Origin: an uncultured Verrucomicrobiota bacterium
Lineage (GTDB): Bacteria; Verrucomicrobiota; Verrucomicrobiia; Opitutales; Seribacteraceae
Assembly: GCA_902580225.1 (NCBI GenBank)
Contig: CACHJU010000002.1
Span: 28,500-92,499, forward strand
Length of the DNA stretch: 64,000 nucleotides
Direction: 5' to 3'
Part shown: positions 20,263-31,417 of the stretch, piece after piece
Numbering within the stretch: position 1 is the stretch's first letter
How the letters are laid out: each line of letters starts with the position of its first letter
Made by a program: the position numbers and the translations under genes
The notes under the pieces: model-generated
The model's database searches: none
What the model was told of the DNA's origin: nothing
The model's input: only the letters and a program-made list of their open reading frames with translations

Positions 20263-21354
20263 ATGCTCCTTTCTTTAATTTTATGCTCGAGAAACGACTC
20301 CTACATGGGTAACTCACGTTGGCGTTTGGAAACATCAATTAATTTGTCTCTGATCAACGCAAAGGAAGCGAATTTCTTGGATAAGCTTGAAATTATTGTT
20401 TCAGACTGGGGAAGCGAAGTACCTTTATCTGAAGTTCTTAATCTGATTCCTGAAGCAAAAGGCAAAGTAAAGTTTGTTTATGTACCGCCTCATGTTGCTA
20501 CAGTTAAGCAAAAAGACAGTAAATTCCCTGAAGTCATTGCGTTAAACGCTGCTGCTCACAGAGCAACTGGAGAATATATTGGAAGAATTGATAATGACAC
20601 TGTAGTTGGTGCGGATTTTTTCTGCAAATTCGAAAACTTACATGAAAACAATCCATCTAAAGAATTGGATTTGAAAGATTCATTTCTTTTTGTCGAAAGG
20701 AAAAGTGTACCATTTAGAATAAGTCGCTTATCATTAACACTTCCACAGATCATCAGCTTCATAAATTTTTTCAAAAATTACTTCAGAGTCGAAACGGCAA
20801 CAGAGTGGGGTAAAGAGTTTTGGTGGAGTCCAGTAGGAATTATGATTTTTCATCGCAATATTTGGGTATCATCAAGAGGATATGATGAAAGACTAATCTA
20901 TTGGGGTTGGATGGAAGGAGATCTAGCTCTTAGGCTAGGTCAAAGGCACGCTGTTGTAGAATTCAGTAAATTCGTTGGCCATCAGTTTTACCATTTGGAA
21001 CACTACCCTAGTTTGACTGACTACAGGAACAGAAACGGGCCCGCAACTCCAAGAAAGAAAAACCAACCTGTATTTGAAAATTTAAACTACACAGAAAATA
21101 ATGATAATTGGGGGTTAATAAATGACACCTCTGTTACAATAATTAATTATGATGGTTGTTATAAATACAAAAATATTTTGATAAGAATTTTTCTTAAGAT
21201 TTTGTTCTTACCAAGATTAGTCGTTGGTTTAATTTTAAGAAAAATCGACCTCTTTATTATTAACTATCAAATGTATATTCATAATTTTCTCTCAAACTCG
21301 AAAATAATTGCTGGGAGAATAAAGAAGAAAATGATGTCATTTATAGTAAGCTAA
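20263..21354 (+). CDS. GT-A (GT2/GT7C-like) glycosyltransferase of an uncharacterised family
   Basis: SRNDSYMG, IIVSDWGS, LNAAAHRATGEY, IDND, GYDER..YWGWME, YHLEH. Confidence 0.65.
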   Translation: MLLSLILCSRNDSYMGNSRWRLETSINLSLINAKEANFLDKLEIIVSDWGSEVPLSEVLNLIPEAKGKVKFVYVPPHVATVKQKDSKFPEVIALNAAAHRATGEYIGRIDNDTVVGADFFCKFENLHENNPSKELDLKDSFLFVERKSVPFRISRLSLTLPQIISFINFFKNYFRVETATEWGKEFWWSPVGIMIFHRNIWVSSRGYDERLIYWGWMEGDLALRLGQRHAVVEFSKFVGHQFYHLEHYPSLTDYRNRNGPATPRKKNQPVFENLNYTENNDNWGLINDTSVTIINYDGCYKYKNILIRIFLKILFLPRLVVGLILRKIDLFIINYQMYIHNFLSNSKIIAGRIKKKMMSFIVS

Positions 21355-21355
21355 T

Positions 21356-22228
21356 ATGAACAAATTCAATGTAGACGAAATCCTTAACTTGATAACTGAA
21401 AATGGTTTTGCCGATCTTACTGGCATCATTAGTGATCAGCAAATTGATACAATTAATGACAAAATTAAGCCTGCTATGGACCAACCACATTCAAATGGAC
21501 AAAGAGGCTATATCAAACAAGGTTGTCAGAGATATTTGGCTGATACTCTTTCATATGGAAAGGAAATTATTGATGTGTATACAAATGCTTTGCTTATAGA
21601 AATAGCGGAAAAATATGCAGATGATATCGTGCACTTATCCAACTACAGGATTTACAGCACTTACCCGTCCGAAGATTTTAAGATGTGGTGGCATCTCGAT
21701 AATAAAATTGATACTTACGATTTTAAAAATAAGGCCTTTATTCAACAAGTGGTTCCCGATGACAAAGGTCTAATTTTTCTAATGTATTTATCCAATGTCG
21801 TTGACGGAGGGGTACAACTTGTTAAAGGAAGTCATAAGTGGTCTAGAAACCACAACCAAGAGAGCTTTGACCACATGGAAGATGAATTTAATGACCAAGT
21901 AGTAACTTTCAATAATTGCCGCAAAGGAACATTTATAGTATATGATTATGCCACCATTCATAGAGCCAAACCTTATCATGGTGGACAAGTTCGTACATCC
22001 ATGTTCGGTCAGCTATCACCATCAAGAATGCCCACGGGAGAACCAATTTTATTGAATGTAAGAGATATAAGTAAACTTTCGGAAAAACAAAAACAGATTC
22101 TAAGCTTTGGTAAAGATCCAACAACCTTGAATTGGCCAATTGGAGACATTAACGCTTTTTACCAACCCGTAGAAAGCACTCCATCAATTTGGTCTAAACT
22201 CAAAACAAAATTTTCGACTAACCATTAA
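21356..22228 (+). CDS. PhyH-family Fe(II)/2OG dioxygenase
   Basis: WHLD, MYLS, GG.QLVKGSH, KGTFIVYD, IHRA. Confidence 0.8.
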   Translation: MNKFNVDEILNLITENGFADLTGIISDQQIDTINDKIKPAMDQPHSNGQRGYIKQGCQRYLADTLSYGKEIIDVYTNALLIEIAEKYADDIVHLSNYRIYSTYPSEDFKMWWHLDNKIDTYDFKNKAFIQQVVPDDKGLIFLMYLSNVVDGGVQLVKGSHKWSRNHNQESFDHMEDEFNDQVVTFNNCRKGTFIVYDYATIHRAKPYHGGQVRTSMFGQLSPSRMPTGEPILLNVRDISKLSEKQKQILSFGKDPTTLNWPIGDINAFYQPVESTPSIWSKLKTKFSTNH

Positions 22229-22229
22229 T

Positions 22230-23018
22230 ATTTTTTCAAAGTTTAAGGTAAATCATAAAATTGAAGAGACTGTAAGTTACATTGGGCCTTTTAGCACATG
22301 GGAAGAAGCCTGTCTAAATTCCAAAGGATACCATGATTCAGAAATCTTGAATAAAAAAATTCGATCCTTAAAACAAATTCTCTCCGGATCAAAAAAATGC
22401 GAACGAGACACTATATTATTTCCTGAATATCAATATTCGTTTCCAGTTTTGCTAGGGCTAAACTTCGCGATGCTTCATCAGAAAAAAAATCTTAGTGTTC
22501 TAGATTATGGAGGTGGTTTAGCGAGTACTTTTTTTCGCAATTTTGAAATAGTAAAAGGATTAGGCTTGTATTGGACTATTATCGAGCAGAAACACATTGT
22601 TGATGTGGCCAACAAGATGCTTGGTAAAATACCCAACCTAAAGTTTATTAGCTCATCTGACTTAACAAATCAAAAAAATATTAGCTACGATGTTCTGATT
22701 TTTGGAAGTAGCCTTCAGTTTATGGAAAACCCCAAAGACTTAGTTGCCAGACTCTATCACGATAAACTTCAGACTATCGTTTTTGAGCAGATTCCTTTCA
22801 TGAAAAAAGGACCAACTCGGTTAACTGTTCAACAAATCAAGGAACCCATATACAATGCTTCCTACCCTGCTTGGCATTTTAACGAAAATGAGTTCCAAAG
22901 TTGGATTAACAATGCATTTGTTAAAAAGTTACGGACAGTCAACCCGCATGTCACAAATTCTTTTGGAGACTTTCATTCGAATCTCATAGATTTGGTTTAC
23001 ATGAGAAATACAAGCTGA
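22230..23018 (+). CDS. Putative methyltransferase, LIC12133/TIGR04325 family
   Basis: The in-frame region upstream of TTG 22347 encodes GPFSTWEEAC.NSKGY..IL. Also ERD, VLDYGGGLAS, SSLQF, IYNASYPAW. Start inferred at ATT 22224 or 22230. Confidence 0.82.
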   Translation: MFSKFKVNHKIEETVSYIGPFSTWEEACLNSKGYHDSEILNKKIRSLKQILSGSKKCERDTILFPEYQYSFPVLLGLNFAMLHQKKNLSVLDYGGGLASTFFRNFEIVKGLGLYWTIIEQKHIVDVANKMLGKIPNLKFISSSDLTNQKNISYDVLIFGSSLQFMENPKDLVARLYHDKLQTIVFEQIPFMKKGPTRLTVQQIKEPIYNASYPAWHFNENEFQSWINNAFVKKLRTVNPHVTNSFGDFHSNLIDLVYMRNTS

Positions 23019-23021
23019 CTC

Positions 23022-23993
23022 GTGAACAAATACTGCACATATTTTAGTTTTGAATTTTTACCTTTTGGTTTGACGCTCTTGGACTCCATTTCTGAACACG
23101 ATCCAGGCTCAACTGTTTTTGTATTATGTCTCGATTCCAAAACAATAGAATATTTGCAGGGTTCGAAATACTCAAAAGTTAACCTAATCGAGTTACGGTC
23201 CTTGGAAGAAATGATTCCAGAACTTCTCAGAGCAAAAGCAAACCGCTCTAGAACTGAGTATTTCTGGACTCTCACACCTTGTATCATTTATTACATACTT
23301 TTTATTAAAAAAAATTGTTCTTGCATAACATACTTAGACGCAGATCAAATTTTTTATTCATCACCTACCCCAATTTTTAATGAAAGAAATGAAGCTGACA
23401 TAACAATTATGCCTCATCGATTTCCTTCTAAAATTAGCCATCTTGAAAATCATGGTAAATATAATGTGAGTTGGTTAACTTTTAATAAAACAGAGAACTC
23501 CAGAAAGTGCTTAGAGTGGTGGATGAAATCATGTCTTGATTGGTGTTACTCAAAAGTTGAAGGTAACAGATACGGAGACCAAAAATACTTGGATCAATTT
23601 GAAAAAAAGTTCAAAAATATCCATATCATCAAACATCAAGGTTGCGGATTGGCACCTTGGAATTTTACTGAATTTAATTATTCGAAAAGAATAATTTTAT
23701 TACACTACCAGTCACTGCGCAGATTAACTAACTTTTTTTATTTTATCTCGATTCCCCTCTTTGAAAATTTAAATATCTCTAAACTAAAACCGTACTTTGC
23801 AACTCTCATAATTCAATTAAGAAGAAATAATCAAAGAATTCAAATTTTAGAATCTGACAAATCATGCAATTTTACTGATGATAGCTTAATTATATTTCAA
23901 ATTTTTAATAATCCTTATTTCATTTCTAATCATCATCTTATCAGGTTAATCTTTTCCTTTAATAATCTTTATTTAAGGCTGACCGTAAAATAG
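23022..23993 (+). CDS. GT-A glycosyltransferase (GT8-like)
   Basis: YCTYF, EYFWTLTP, YLDAD, HGKYN, CLDWC, YGDQKYLD, LAPWN. Confidence 0.8.
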   Translation: MNKYCTYFSFEFLPFGLTLLDSISEHDPGSTVFVLCLDSKTIEYLQGSKYSKVNLIELRSLEEMIPELLRAKANRSRTEYFWTLTPCIIYYILFIKKNCSCITYLDADQIFYSSPTPIFNERNEADITIMPHRFPSKISHLENHGKYNVSWLTFNKTENSRKCLEWWMKSCLDWCYSKVEGNRYGDQKYLDQFEKKFKNIHIIKHQGCGLAPWNFTEFNYSKRIILLHYQSLRRLTNFFYFISIPLFENLNISKLKPYFATLIIQLRRNNQRIQILESDKSCNFTDDSLIIFQIFNNPYFISNHHLIRLIFSFNNLYLRLTVK

Positions 23994-24012
23994 CGAAACT
24001 TTTAACTAAAAT

Positions 24013-25050
24013 TTGAAAAAAATTAGATGGGGAATTTTAGGTCTTGGTAATATTGCTAAAACTTTTGCTGATTCCACTCGCCCCGTAAAAAATGCATCGA
24101 TTTTCGCATTAGCCAGCAAAAGCTTGAAAAATATTAATCTATTCAAAGAAAAATATAATGTTTCCTCGGAATTCTGTTTCAACAACTATTCGGCATTACT
24201 TCGGTGCGAAGAAATTGATGCGGTTTATATAGCTCTTCCAAATCATTTGCACGCGGAATGGATTTCTAGATGTATAGATTTTGAAAAGCATATTTTAGTA
24301 GAAAAACCTGCAACTATATCTTCAGACCAGCTGATAGTAGTTCAAAACAAATTAATTCATCAGAATTTAATTTTCTCGGAAGCTTTCATGTATTTACACC
24401 ATCCACGCATGCAAATGTTGTTATCCGGTATTAAAAATGGAATGATCGGAAAACCACTCAGAATGAGATCCTCCTTTGGATTTGAAGTTTTCCTCAAACC
24501 TTCTCCACTTCAAAGATTACTAAATTGTTACAAATCAAAACCTCCGCGTTTGAGCAAAAGTCATGGGGGCGGTTGCATCCTCGATCTGGGATGCTATCTA
24601 ACAAGTTTTGCTACTCTACTTTCAAAACTCTCAAATGGAGGGGCTGAGTCTTCCTTTTCTTTCCAAAACATTAAATCTACCTTCGATAAGCAAGAAGTCG
24701 AAGTAGATGCATCCACTACCATTAGATTCGAAAACGGATTCACCTCAGAAATCCGTTGTTCATTTACCGAACATTTGGACGAGACAACGAAAATATGGGG
24801 AGAAAATGGAGAAGTTAGCGTAGAGGATACTTGGACTTGCCAAACAGATGGATTTTGGCATGAAAAAAAATATTTTGAGAGTCGAAGACCTTCCCTCTTT
24901 GACAATCCATACTCATTTCAGGTGCACAACCTTAGCGAACTAATTTTGAAAAAAAAACAGGGAGAGCATGTCGATCCTTTTTTTGGAATTCAAGACTCCT
25001 TATATAATGCTAAGATTCTCGATTCGTGGAGATCTTCAACAACTGTTTGA
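24013..25050 (+). CDS. Gfo/Idh/MocA oxidoreductase
   Basis: WGILGLGNIA, DAVYIALPNHLH, HILVEKP, GGGCILDLGCY. Confidence 0.92.
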   Translation: MKKIRWGILGLGNIAKTFADSTRPVKNASIFALASKSLKNINLFKEKYNVSSEFCFNNYSALLRCEEIDAVYIALPNHLHAEWISRCIDFEKHILVEKPATISSDQLIVVQNKLIHQNLIFSEAFMYLHHPRMQMLLSGIKNGMIGKPLRMRSSFGFEVFLKPSPLQRLLNCYKSKPPRLSKSHGGGCILDLGCYLTSFATLLSKLSNGGAESSFSFQNIKSTFDKQEVEVDASTTIRFENGFTSEIRCSFTEHLDETTKIWGENGEVSVEDTWTCQTDGFWHEKKYFESRRPSLFDNPYSFQVHNLSELILKKKQGEHVDPFFGIQDSLYNAKILDSWRSSTTV

Positions 25051-25074
25051 AAATTAATACCTAATTTTTGATTA

Positions 25075-26121
25075 ATGAAAATTCTTGTTACTGGATCTTC
25101 GGGCTTAATTGGATCAGAAGTCTGTACCTACTTCTCTTTGCAAGGACATTCCATTCACGGAATAGATAACAACCAAAGAAAGGAATTTTTCGGTCCCCAA
25201 GGGGACACCTCATGGAGACTAAATGAATTGAGAGACAATTTAACCGACTTCTCTCATCATGAACTAGATATTCGGGACCGGGAAAAAGTATTACATTTAA
25301 TCAAGTCACTAACTCCTGATGTAATCGTTCATACCGCCGCTCAACCATCTCATGACAAAGCGGCATCGATTCCCTTTGATGATTTCGATGTCAATGCTGT
25401 CGGAACTTTAAATTTATTGGAAGCTACTAGGCAGTTTTGCCCCGAATCTCCATTTGTCCACATGTCAACCAACAAGGTTTACGGAGATGGTCCCAATGAA
25501 ATTATTCTTAAAGAGTTTGATAAACGCTGGGATTACGGAGATCCTCTTTACGAAAAGGGCATTCCTGAATCCTTTTCCATTGATCAATCTAAGCACTCCC
25601 TGTTCGGGGCATCCAAAGTTGCCGCTGATGTCATGGTTCAAGAGTATGGTCGCTATTTCGGGATGGCTACCTGTTGCCTGCGTGGTGGGTGCCTCACGGG
25701 TCCATCTCACTCAGGCGTTGAACTGCATGGCTTTCTCAGTTACCTAGTCAAATGTAATTTGGAGAATAAGACTTACAAAATTTTTGGTTACAAAGGAAAA
25801 CAAGTCCGAGATAACATTCACTCGGAAGACGTCGCCCAATTTATTGACTTGTTCACAAAATCTCCCCGATCCGGTGAAGTTTACAATTTAGGTGGAGGCA
25901 AAGAAAATAGTTGTTCGATTCTTGAGGCATTTGACATTTGTGAAAGTCATTCCGATCTTTCACAAAATTACGAGTATTTGGAAGATAACAGAATTGGCGA
26001 TCATATCTGCTATTACAGCGACCTAACCAAAGTCAAATCGCACTTCCCGAACTTCACCCTACGTCATTCCCTCAGCGACACCATCAAACAAATTGTACAA
26101 GCACACAGAAAACGTGCGTGA
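25075..26121 (+). CDS. NAD-dependent epimerase, CDP-paratose 2-epimerase (RfbE)-like
   Basis: [49 protein letters not shown]. Confidence 0.88.
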   Translation: MKILVTGSSGLIGSEVCTYFSLQGHSIHGIDNNQRKEFFGPQGDTSWRLNELRDNLTDFSHHELDIRDREKVLHLIKSLTPDVIVHTAAQPSHDKAASIPFDDFDVNAVGTLNLLEATRQFCPESPFVHMSTNKVYGDGPNEIILKEFDKRWDYGDPLYEKGIPESFSIDQSKHSLFGASKVAADVMVQEYGRYFGMATCCLRGGCLTGPSHSGVELHGFLSYLVKCNLENKTYKIFGYKGKQVRDNIHSEDVAQFIDLFTKSPRSGEVYNLGGGKENSCSILEAFDICESHSDLSQNYEYLEDNRIGDHICYYSDLTKVKSHFPNFTLRHSLSDTIKQIVQAHRKRA

Positions 26122-27280
26122 TCTAACTTTGGCTACCAAGTCACCTAAAATACTTCTGGTCACCGAAACTCCACCCGGAACACCAAACGGTTTTGGAGTT
26201 ACACTGGAATGCATGTTTAAGTATATTCCCCATCAAGTCGTTTTTACTGATGCATCTTTTAAAAATTGGGGAGATAAAAATGCTTTTTTACTCGCTCAAG
26301 TGCCTTACCATCCTTCCGGTCGTTTTTCCCTATCTTTTTTAATGGGTAAAATACCTGAATGGCGCGGGCGCTACTCATCACCGTGGATGTTAAAGCGACT
26401 TACCGATAAATTTTCCTCTGTTTATGCCTTCGTTTATTCAACGGAATGCATGAAATACGCTCACTGGATATCAAAAAAGAAAAAACTTCCCCTTGCTATT
26501 CATTTGGCAGATCATTCTGAAAGCTTTAAAGAAAATGATTCTACCGAAATTCTTTCAAAGGCATCTAAACTCATTTGCATTACTGATGAAATGAAGTCCA
26601 AGTATGAGGGCATGTTGGGACGCAGAGATATTGAAGTTTTACATAATGGAGCTGAACAAACTTGCCTAGCAATACCCTCCCCTACCAAGGGTCCTTTCAA
26701 TATAAAAAATCCTTTTATTATATGCTTTCTTGGCGGTCTCTTTTCTCATCTACACGGAGATTGTATAGAGGATATATTTAAGGCGGTGACTCAAATTAGA
26801 AAAAAGAAACCATGGATTGAATTTCATCTTTATGGACAAAGGCAACCGAGTAATTTCATGGCTCAGGAAATTCTCTCTGAAGGATGTACTCACCATGGTA
26901 TAGTTATGCCATTAGAGAAAAAATTTGATATTATGGAAAAAGCACACTGCTTTGTAGTTCCATCTTCTTTTAATGATGAAGGCCACAAAAACTATCGTTA
27001 TTCCTTCCCCACCAAGTTGCCCGAACTGATTGCTTCCAAACGACCCATTTTATCATACGGTCCTCAAGACACTGCGACAAACCGCATACTAGCTTCCAAC
27101 GAAATTGGTATCAGGATTTCTGATCGCTCAGTTACAAAACTTGTTAACACCATACAAGATTTGGAAAGCCAATACGCTAGCAATCTAAACAAACTCTGTC
27201 AGATTACCCCTGAAATATTGGTTAAGTTTTCCGCTGAAACTGTTAGGAAAAAACTTTCAAGAATTATTAGTTCAAATTGA
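26114..27280 (+). CDS. GT-B (GT4-like) glycosyltransferase
   Basis: [25 protein letters not shown]. Start is GTG 26114 or TTG 26129. Confidence 0.75.
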   Translation: MRDLTLATKSPKILLVTETPPGTPNGFGVTLECMFKYIPHQVVFTDASFKNWGDKNAFLLAQVPYHPSGRFSLSFLMGKIPEWRGRYSSPWMLKRLTDKFSSVYAFVYSTECMKYAHWISKKKKLPLAIHLADHSESFKENDSTEILSKASKLICITDEMKSKYEGMLGRRDIEVLHNGAEQTCLAIPSPTKGPFNIKNPFIICFLGGLFSHLHGDCIEDIFKAVTQIRKKKPWIEFHLYGQRQPSNFMAQEILSEGCTHHGIVMPLEKKFDIMEKAHCFVVPSSFNDEGHKNYRYSFPTKLPELIASKRPILSYGPQDTATNRILASNEIGIRISDRSVTKLVNTIQDLESQYASNLNKLCQITPEILVKFSAETVRKKLSRIISSN

Positions 27281-28071
27281 ATCTTATTTGGTCTAAACTT
27301 CTAAAAAATAAAGCTATTCGCAAAGCTTTGCTTATCCATCTGCGGTCTTATTACTTCCATGAGTTTAACTTTTCAATTCCTTTGGGAAATGAGTATTGGG
27401 TAAACCTTTGGGAAAATGATGCCTATGATTCTTTCTCGGAAATATTTATCCAACAGGAATATTCTACATACATACCAGACCAGCCACTTGATAGAATTCT
27501 AGATCTAGGGGCACACTATGGTTACTTTAGTCTTTGGCTTCAATCAAAACGACCTCAGAATCAGATCCATTCAACTATGGTCGAACCTTCACAGCGATGT
27601 CGAAGATCATTGGCAAGATTAATTGAGCAACCTCAGTTGAAACCTCGGTTCAAGTATTTACAATCCGCTGTAAGTGATCCCAGTAAAGAAAGTACAAAAT
27701 TTTTTGAACGACCCTTTATGGGAGGCTCCATGTTCGAATCCTCCAATATTGAAGATAGCTATGAAGTTAAATCACTAAAAGCATCAGATATACTCAATAA
27801 GGAGTTTCAAGCTTTCGATCTTGTGAAATGTGATTTAGAAGGTGCTGAGTGGCACCTTTTGACGAACTACTCTGAGATCTTATTGCAGTCTAAGTTCCTG
27901 CTTATGGAATGGCACAGTTGGCATCTTGGAGGTGGCGGAGTAGTCCAAATTGAAAAAAAACTAAATGATCTGGAATTTAATATTTTACGATCATCCTCCC
28001 CCGCTAAAGCAGTCGGAAGAGAGGGTGAGGTTGGATTATTTTTAGCTAAAAACCTAAATTTTGAGAATTGA
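27277..28071 (+). CDS. FkbM-family methyltransferase
   Basis: EIF..QEY, ILDLGAHYG.FS, VEP, LVKCDLEGAE, MEWH. Confidence 0.85.
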   Translation: MNLIWSKLLKNKAIRKALLIHLRSYYFHEFNFSIPLGNEYWVNLWENDAYDSFSEIFIQQEYSTYIPDQPLDRILDLGAHYGYFSLWLQSKRPQNQIHSTMVEPSQRCRRSLARLIEQPQLKPRFKYLQSAVSDPSKESTKFFERPFMGGSMFESSNIEDSYEVKSLKASDILNKEFQAFDLVKCDLEGAEWHLLTNYSEILLQSKFLLMEWHSWHLGGGGVVQIEKKLNDLEFNILRSSSPAKAVGREGEVGLFLAKNLNFEN

Positions 28072-29042
28072 ATGATAGTGCACAAATCCCTGGAGGAAAA
28101 AATGAACTCAAACCTCTCCTTTACGATTTTCATAGCTCATATCCTTTTAAAATTTGGTCAAAATATCGATGGTTCAAAAATTCCCGCCTTCACTTTGTAC
28201 TGCACACCCTCAACAAACAAAGAAAATGGCTCACTGTAGTAGATAGATTGGGAGCTCCCGGTGATGCTCTTATAACTGCAAATGTAATTCGCTGTTTAAA
28301 GAAACTTTTTCCAAAATTAAGAATTAACTGCATTACCCCACACCCTGAACTTATCCGTTTAGACCCAAATATAGATTCGATCAACCGACCTGAAACATTT
28401 TATTCTTTTGATTCTTCTTATTGGGAATTGATTGTTCGAAAAGAAAAGAATGAAAATATAGTAAAACACAATTTATCGAAGTTGGGCATTAAAGATTACG
28501 AATATAAATCTATCTTTTATTTATCAAAAGAGGAAGAGAAATGGGCTCAGAGAAAAAAGGATGAACTATGTACCGATAAGCAGATTTTAGCGATCTCTAC
28601 AAAAAGTAAGGAAAAAGTAAAAAATTGGCCTACGGCACAATGGTCTAAACTTATACAAGAATTACTTCCATATTATTTTATCGTTCAATTGGGTGATGAT
28701 AATGAACCTAAATTTGAGTATGTTAAAAGATATGCAGGCGAATTAAGCATGCGAGAATCTGCGGCTATCCTTTCACTAACTGATCATTTTATTGGACCAG
28801 ATAGTCTTCTCATGCACATTGCCAACGGCCTAGATATTTCTAGTACAATCATTTTTGGTGGATCTCGTCCGGTCAACTGCTTTGGATATAGACAAAATGT
28901 AAATCTAAGCAACAATCCAGAATGCAGCCCCTGCTGGATTCATGATGGTTATGATGTATGCAAAAACGATTTAGTTTGTATGGCAAACATCACTACCTCT
29001 CAAATTTCATCAAATCTTATACCAAAATTAATAAATCAATGA
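28068..29042 (+). CDS. GT9 (heptosyltransferase-like) glycosyltransferase
   Basis: GAPGDAL, KNWP, VQLG, FIGPDSLLMHIA, CSPCW. Confidence 0.85.
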   Translation: MNDSAQIPGGKNELKPLLYDFHSSYPFKIWSKYRWFKNSRLHFVLHTLNKQRKWLTVVDRLGAPGDALITANVIRCLKKLFPKLRINCITPHPELIRLDPNIDSINRPETFYSFDSSYWELIVRKEKNENIVKHNLSKLGIKDYEYKSIFYLSKEEEKWAQRKKDELCTDKQILAISTKSKEKVKNWPTAQWSKLIQELLPYYFIVQLGDDNEPKFEYVKRYAGELSMRESAAILSLTDHFIGPDSLLMHIANGLDISSTIIFGGSRPVNCFGYRQNVNLSNNPECSPCWIHDGYDVCKNDLVCMANITTSQISSNLIPKLINQ

Positions 29043-29130
29043 TGACACAACTTTTCTTACTCTTATTTGATGAGAAGTTTTTAAATATTGTGACACTAAT
29101 TACCAAAAGTACTAATTATAATTCTTAATA

Positions 29131-30171
29131 TTGAAACACACTTTAAAAAGTATTTTAAATTTTTGTTTTAAACATTTAGCTTTCAATTTCTCGATTAGAA
29201 ATTGGATCCTAATTCTAATAATAAATTTTTTTTGTTTTTTAATATTTTTTGAATTTAGCTCTAGACTTTACCTCAGTCTTAGACGAGATGCTGACTTTTC
29301 TAATCCAAGCACCACAACATTATTTTATTATCGAGAATTGAATTCGACTTATAATAGGGAGCTTGAACAAGATAAATGGAATGTTTTACTTCTTGGAGGT
29401 TCAGTATTAAATCCAGCTTGGGGCGAAGTTAAAAAAAATATACATTCGCTTTTTTCTAACACACAGAATATCCCAATTCGTATTCACAGTCTTGGAATGC
29501 CCTCGCATACCACAAGAGACAGTTTGATTAAATATAAGCTCTTAGATGGTATGCGATTTGATAAAGTTCTAATTTATCATGGCATCAATGACACACGCAT
29601 GAACAACTATCATTTTTCCCGCTACAAACATGATTACTCTCATGTACATTGGTATCGTATTGTAAACCCATTGATGTCGCATCCAGAATTATCTTTTTTT
29701 GCAACACCATTTACTCTCCAACATTCATGGTTAAAATTATTTACCAAGAATGATGATGATGAACATATGAGCACTAAATATGGAAGTTCAATAAAAACTC
29801 AAATTGCATTTGCCTCTAACCTTAATTCCATTGCATCTATAGCCAAAAAAAGAGGTGATGATTTAATATTTTCAACTTATGCTTATCATTTGCCTGAAAA
29901 TTACTCTAAGGAAAAATTTTTAGCTAATAAACTTGATTACGATAAACATAGTCTACCCGTCGAAGTATGGGGTGAACCAACCAACATTAAAAAGAACATC
30001 GATATCCACAATGAAATCTTTCGTTCAGTTGCAAAGTCGCATGATATACCCTGCATTGAAATGCAAAATTTTATCAAAGCCAATGCAATCAATTTCGATG
30101 ACATATGTCATTTGACAAGTGATGGATCAAGGAATTTTGCTAAAGCAGTAATTCCATTACTTTGTCCATGA
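29131..30171 (+). CDS. Membrane-anchored SGNH/GDSL hydrolase-fold protein
   Basis: N-terminal TM helix, LLGGS (block I), YHGIND (block III), DICH (block V DxxH). Confidence 0.8.
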   Translation: MKHTLKSILNFCFKHLAFNFSIRNWILILIINFFCFLIFFEFSSRLYLSLRRDADFSNPSTTTLFYYRELNSTYNRELEQDKWNVLLLGGSVLNPAWGEVKKNIHSLFSNTQNIPIRIHSLGMPSHTTRDSLIKYKLLDGMRFDKVLIYHGINDTRMNNYHFSRYKHDYSHVHWYRIVNPLMSHPELSFFATPFTLQHSWLKLFTKNDDDEHMSTKYGSSIKTQIAFASNLNSIASIAKKRGDDLIFSTYAYHLPENYSKEKFLANKLDYDKHSLPVEVWGEPTNIKKNIDIHNEIFRSVAKSHDIPCIEMQNFIKANAINFDDICHLTSDGSRNFAKAVIPLLCP

Positions 30172-30487
30172 AATTGGAATTATTTCAGATGGTCAAAAAA
30201 AACAATCTATCATTTCGATGGTTTTAAAAACCTTTTTTAAACTTATTGAATCATCGAAAATACCATCTTTTCCTGAGGATGCATCTAATTGCCCTTGAAA
30301 TAAATGCATCAACTTCATTTACTTAGAAACAGGTCTAAATCTTCGTTTTAAATCTATCGAAACAACTAGTAAGTTACTCAGACCATATAATCATATCCCC
30401 CAATGCTATTTATAAACAAACGGTCCACTGGATTGGCAAACAAAATTAGTTTTATTTAAACACCGGTTTTGTAATAGAAAATCTCTT

Positions 30488-31417
30488 ATAAATCCATCAA
30501 AGTTAGATATTCAAACCTACATCTTCACTGCGAGATCTGATCTTTCATTCCTTAAATACACACTACCTCCTCTTATTAAGATATCCCAAAAAGGGGAAAG
30601 TAATGTTTCAGTAATTTTAGATACAGGTACTCCGACTGGAGTTTTGGGAAATTCATTGGTTCAACCTGATCTGAATGGAACAATTCAAGAAATAGAAAAA
30701 CTTCAAACTTCACATAAATTTAATTTTATAAAAACTAAGTACGATTCCACTACAATCAAGGAAACCAACAGAATACAACTTGGCTTCCCATACAAAAAAA
30801 CTCATTGTTTTCGGGGATACCCAATTTACGGAAGTTTCAATCAATTCCTCGATACAGATTCGAAATATATTCTTCACATGGATTGCGATATGATTTTTTA
30901 CGAAGCATCTGAATATTCTTGGATCAAAGAAGGAATCAGAGTCATGGAAGAGAATGAAGATATATTATGTGTGCTTCCCAAAGGTGGCCCTCCAATCAAA
31001 GATGGAACTTTGCATCAAGGTACAACCCAGTATCAAATTGATAAAAAAAGAGGACTTTATTTATTCAAGAACTTTACGAGTCGTCATTATCTTATACATC
31101 GTAAAAGGTTTCTAAGTTTAATGCCGATGAAGCCTCTTTGGTTATCTTATCGTGAACGCATCAAAAACAGATTATTAGGAAATGGTAATATGCTATGTTG
31201 GGAAACCATGGTTGAACTGGCACTAGAAAATTCTTCTCTGTGGAGAGCCGATCTGATGAGTGATCAAGCATGGTCACTTCATCCCGGTGATAGATCCGAA
31301 AAATTCTACAACTTCCTTCCAAAGATCATTGAGTGCACAAATCGCAACGAATTCCCGAATGAACAAAGAGGCCACTTTGATCTTAGACTTAACACTTGGG
31401 AACAGTACCTAAATTAA
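30488..31417 (+). CDS. GT-A (GT2-like) glycosyltransferase
   Basis: YILHMDCD (DxD), WSLHP. The frame is open upstream of TTG 30644 (TYIFTARSDLSFLKYTLP..VSVILD). Start is uncertain, possibly ATA 30488. Confidence 0.65.
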   Translation: MNPSKLDIQTYIFTARSDLSFLKYTLPPLIKISQKGESNVSVILDTGTPTGVLGNSLVQPDLNGTIQEIEKLQTSHKFNFIKTKYDSTTIKETNRIQLGFPYKKTHCFRGYPIYGSFNQFLDTDSKYILHMDCDMIFYEASEYSWIKEGIRVMEENEDILCVLPKGGPPIKDGTLHQGTTQYQIDKKRGLYLFKNFTSRHYLIHRKRFLSLMPMKPLWLSYRERIKNRLLGNGNMLCWETMVELALENSSLWRADLMSDQAWSLHPGDRSEKFYNFLPKIIECTNRNEFPNEQRGHFDLRLNTWEQYLN